A stretch of DNA of 64,000 bases from Chrysomallon squamiferum (lineage: Eukaryota > Animalia > Mollusca). The notes below the pieces were generated by a model. That model saw only the letters and a program-made list of their open reading frames with translations. It did not search any database and had not been told where the DNA came from. The DNA is taken from positions 2,790,001-2,854,000 of the forward strand of contig CM022666.1 in NCBI GenBank assembly GCA_012295275.1, written 5' to 3'. Positions 58,801 to 64,000 of the stretch are shown here, piece by piece. The translations under genes were made by a program, and so were the position numbers. Within the stretch, counting starts at the first letter, position 1; each line of letters begins with the position of its first letter.

Positions 58801-60659
58801 AAAGGATTATGTAATAAGGGTTTTAGATATTTTATACAGATAACAAATTTTAAATCAATAATTAAAATACAGGGATAATTAATGAGTTTATGACAATGCT
58901 TGTGCAATACAGAACTTATTATCATGTTTGAACTTTGTATTTATAAAATTGAAAAAACAACAAAACTAAATATTTTAATTGTATGCAAGAAATAACGTAT
59001 AAGAATAATGAATATTAAAAATTAGTAATTAAAATATATAAACGATATATATACACAGAAGCTTATTAAATTAAATTCTTATCATAATAACATAAACTTT
59101 CAAAAGTTTTATTCTATTTTAGCAAGGAATGTTTTACAAAAATGAGTATTAAACAGGTGTTTAGAATGAAATTTTTACATGCTTCATTCCCCTCGACAAA
59201 ACTGGTATGTGTTGATTTTGAATGTAATTGCATGAATATGGATGTATATTTAAAAAACATTTTTCAAAAGTGCAAATATGGGAAGTTATCAGATATTGCA
59301 AGAAAAAGGTCAAGAAACTGAAAAGCTTCAAATCTAATTTAAATATATAACTAAATCTAAACTTTACAAAAAATATATATAAAAAAAAAAATGAAGAAAT
59401 GAAGAAAGAATAAATAATAAACAAACAAATGAGTAAATCAACACAAACATTAAATAAAAACAACAACAACAAAACTGCTAAGTCATTTCTGGTTGTTGCT
59501 TTTTTAAAATTTAAATTATTATTATTTTTTTTTATATTTCTTTCTTTCCTTTCCTGAATTTCATAAATAAATATACAATCTGATTGTTAGAATGTCTGAT
59601 AAACTTTTAACACTTTTAAAACTTTCTGTTTTGTCAAAGCTTTATTGAAAGGCACTTTCAAAAGCTCTCTCCAAAACTTCTAAAATATTAAACTTCTGAT
59701 AACGCAATCTTCACTGCTGAACAAGTATTCAAAAACCACTGATATTCAATTCTTATGATTAAAAATATCACAGTAACAACTACAATTATGTTATTTGTAT
59801 CCTTAAAAACAAAAAAATAATCTATCTAACTATCTATATTATTTTTATGTGTATATATATATATATATATATCTGTGTGTTTGTCTGTGTGTGTGTGTGC
59901 GTGTGGGTGTGTGTGAGTGTGTTTTAAATACTTAATGAAACAATCATATTCAAATTTAACACATTTGCATTCTAAAAGGGAAATAAAAGTCCTAAAATCT
60001 AATTTCAATTAATCATTTCATATACATAATTTTACATAATACATTTAACACAAATACGTCTTACATTAAAATGTATCTACATTCAGAACTTCAATGCATC
60101 ATCATCCTATACATCACTTCAACAATTCAGAAGCATCCACTTAAAATCACTTTGGAAGAATTCAACGGTTAAAACTATCAAAAAATACCAAACCTCTAAC
60201 AAAAGAGAAGATTCTTTACACTGAATAAATGATTAATTTGCTATATCAGCTTTCAAGCTAAATCTTTAAAAATAAAAAAATAAAAAAATAAAAAACCCAC
60301 TATCACACAATCACAATTTTTAGATTTTGACAGAAAAGGTAATTTAAATTCCTTATCTAAACAGCACCAACATGGATGTACAACTGTACAACGTTAAGGA
60401 TATGTTATCTAGGACTTTTTTTTTTTTTTTTTTTTTCAAATGACAAATGGAAGAAATTCATCAGATGACTTACAGTTGTACATGATGATTACTTATGTTC
60501 ATCTTGTCTTATCTTTGCCACAACATAATCTAGAGAAATGGGCTTTGTACCAGAATAAACGTGACGACTCAAGCAGCATGTTAGTGATAGTCATCACTTC
60601 CCCCCTCCCAGAAAAAAAAAAAAAAAAATAGACTTAATACCTGACTTTTAATGTGCAAG

Positions 60660-61170
60660 TTCAAAAATAAGTAGATAAGTAAAATGATCCTGGTAAATTT
60701 GTTTGCTCATTGAAATCGAATCTAGTTTTGTTTTGTCACCAACAGAATGAAATTCTCAAACGAAATCCGAACCGCCAAAAAATGATCTTTGTTAATTTTG
60801 TGGTAATATTAACTTTTTTTTTTTTTTTTTACAGTATAAACTGATCTCATTATAAATTAATTTCCATACAATACAAAACAGATTGTTACATCTAGTAAAA
60901 AAAAAATAAAAAAAAATGCTATATTAAAGGCACAAGAAGCATGACTATTTGCACATCTTGATAATCCACAAATTACCTGACTAGACAAGCAGGGTCAAAA
61001 ATAAATATCGTAAGTAAAATGATCCAGGTAAATCTGTTTATTCAGCAGCGAATGAAATACTGAAATGAAATACACAACACAATCAGACCTTTGTTAATCT
61101 TAAGCAACATTAACTTTTACACAATAACAGTCTGATCTTATTATGAGTTAATCTCCATACAATACAAACT
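60660..61170. repeat. Diverged direct duplication, offset ~290-335 bp
   Basis: taagtaaaatgatcc(t/a)ggtaaat.tgttt at ~60676 and ~61011; ctgatct.attat.a.ttaat.tccatacaatacaaa at ~60841 and ~61132. Confidence 0.75.
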
Positions 61171-63271
61171 GACCTTTATATTACTGACACCTATAAATTA
61201 CTGTTGTATTATAGGAATTCGTTAATTAATCTTGTTTAAAAAATTAAAGGTATGGACGTCACTGATTTCACTTAAACTCAGGTCCAAGCATTCTGAACTG
61301 ATCGAATGACTCTGAACTAAACCAGTTCAGGATTCCAGTTACTCCTGTAATTTCATTGAGAGAGGAATCTTGGAATGTTCTGGTTCCCACCTGCCCAGAA
61401 ACTGTTACTGCTGGAACTAAAGGCTTAATTAAGTGCCAAATCTTGCAAATAATTTGAAGTAGAAAAGATTCTTTTATTGTTTATCCTAGAGGTGTTGAAA
61501 GAGGAACTGCCTGGAGGCAATTTAGGACGGAGGAAGAATGTGTAAATAGGTCGAAAAATGGTTGAAACAAAACATGTACTGAAGTGTATTAAAATAAAGT
61601 GAAACAGAACCAAAACCAAGTGCTTTAAAGTCACACAAAAAGAAGTGCATTCATAATGCAAACTGAAGTGTAATAAAATCAATACACGAAAGTAATTTAA
61701 AGTCACACAAAAGGAAGAAGTGTAATTAAATCGCACAAACCGAAGTGGATTAAAATAACACACGAACTGAAATATATTAAAATAAGACCATTTTGTACAC
61801 AATAAAACGTGACACACACACAATAAAATTAAACATATCACAACCACACCTTCAGTGTATTATTAAATTACTACTTTCATTTGAATTCAAAACTCTACAG
61901 ACGGCAGTCATTCATCGTATTTACCTAACCAATTGATTAACAAAATCATTAGCTAGCTGCCATTTTGAAGAATGGATCAGCGTGCTCAAATATCTACGAG
62001 CATTGTCATGTCACCACCATCATTATATTCAACAACAAAAAAAAAATCATTATGAAATAAATGAACACGTGAAGCATGTCACATTCTGTATTGACTGAAA
62101 CCCTTTTTATTTACTTTTAATTTGCTAACATAACATATGCAGGTTCTGTCTCTAAAGGTGAAAAAAAAATTAAAAAAAATAAAGAAGAAGAGTTTAATAA
62201 TGGAATATATATATTTTTTTATATTTTACTTTTAAATTATCAGCATTATTTTTTTAAATGATCTTTTGTGGCTAATTTAAGAATCTGTAATTCTGATAAT
62301 GATTCTAATTGAGAGAAAAATTGAAATAAATTTTTTTGATGAATGCTTATTTTTGTATTTGTGTGTTTTTATCTGATATCTGCCTGTACATTGAAAACAA
62401 AAATGATGTCAACAAAATAATAAAACAATGACAATAATAATAATAATAACAACAATAATAACAAGTCATAATAATAAATTCACTACTAATAATGATAATA
62501 ATATAACAGTAACAAGAACAAGAACAATACAAACTTCAAATACCCACCACTCCCAAAACCACAAAAAAAATAAAAAATAATAATAAAAAATAAATAAAAG
62601 CCACTATTCTTTTACACAATCAGTTCCTTACAAAGTAACAGAATTACTAAGAAAAAAAGAAAAAAAGGAAATGATTCATCCACAAGGAGGGACTGTTTAA
62701 AAAAAAAAAAAAAACCCACAAAAAAACCCACACAAAACACAAAAAAAAAAAAATGCACCATAAAACAAACATTTCTCCTTGAACTGATATCTCTCCTGTG
62801 TGTCTTTCTGTTACAGGAAAATCAGTCAAGCCTATCAAAACACGATGATAACCTGATAAAGAGTTATCAGACCTTGGTAGAGGGACACTCCGCTATTGCG
62901 TAACAGACAAAAGAATCACGTCGTACAGGTTGGGGTTTTTTTTTTTGTTTTTTTTTGAGATAGCACGAATCCAACCAAGGCAGTAGACAGAGGAGTCAGT
63001 GAGATTATATCCAAGATTTTAAAAAAATAAAAAAATAAGGAAAAAATAAACAAAGAAAAAGGGAAAAACAAAAAAAAATAGGACTTGTTTAAGTGTCTTT
63101 TGTGATAAACGCCCACCCACACAACATGTTTTAGATTTCAAAGTAAAATCGTTTTGGTTTTTTTACTGTGTATGTTATATATATAAATTTGTTGGGTTTT
63201 TTTTTGTATACTTTATTTCATTTTTTGTTTTGTGACTAATTTAATGCACTTCATACAGTGTATTTTAATAC

Positions 63272-63319
<48 letters not shown>

Positions 63320-64000
63320 ACCCATAAATATACATACACACCTACATATATAGACTCCTGCATACAAGCATACATATACAGATATCTATATCTATAAACA
63401 TATATATATAGATAGATATATAGATAGATAAATAGATAGCTATAACTAAATACACACAAAAACATACATATGTACCAACACACACACAAACACAAAGAAA
63501 CATGGATATATGTCCACCATACTGTGATGTACTTGAAATTCAGTTGTCCATCTCTTTTGTCACAGTAACTGAAAACTTAGCCCTGTTCTGCTTGATCAAG
63601 CATGAAATGCTAAACAAAATACATTTTATAAATTGCTATCACTGAACTTTGCCAAAACAGTAAATGAATATATTTAATTTTAAAAATGTTATATGCATGT
63701 TTATTTGTGTGACTGTATCTGTGTGTAGCATACATGTGTATATGTGTGTGTATTTGTATGAATATTTGTGTGTATTTGTATTCGTGTGGTTGTCTGTGCT
63801 TGTTTGTGTATGTTTAGGGGAATATTGTACATATATATGTATCTGTTTGTCTGTATGTGTACATACATCTATTTTTTTGTGTTTGTCTGTGTCTGTGTGT
63901 GTGTGCCTGTGTGTGTATTAGTAATTTAGATGACATATGAAAATTAATATTTATTTAAAAATACATTCGAGATATGAGTCATGATCGTTTGACAGCAAAA

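Overview
This is AT-rich, microsatellite-dense animal genomic DNA. It is invertebrate, and probably a lophotrochozoan such as a mollusc (inferred from the protein sequence). The window holds the 5' part of one minus-strand muscleblind (mbl/MBNL) gene. It has an ATG-containing exon (CDS 50845-50642; predicted full exon 51295-50642), a 44.4-kb phase-0 intron that splits zinc finger 2, a 162-nt exon (6242-6081) and a probable 60-nt exon (1794-1735) that the ORF track misses. The rest is intron: microsatellites, several 32-40 bp minisatellites, local duplications and complex-sequence islands. The most interesting signal is a candidate circMbl-like autoregulatory module. The 654-nt ATG exon is flanked by reverse-complementary sequence, and back-splicing would put an in-frame stop right after the junction (AAG|ATG TTG TAA, giving a 70-aa one-finger peptide). 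A strand-biased YGCY cluster, Rbfox motifs and candidate short terminal or poison exons lie downstream. A ~700-bp block with no CpG depletion (33.6-34.3 kb) is unexplained. Nearly all other entries in the ORF track are low-complexity artefacts.
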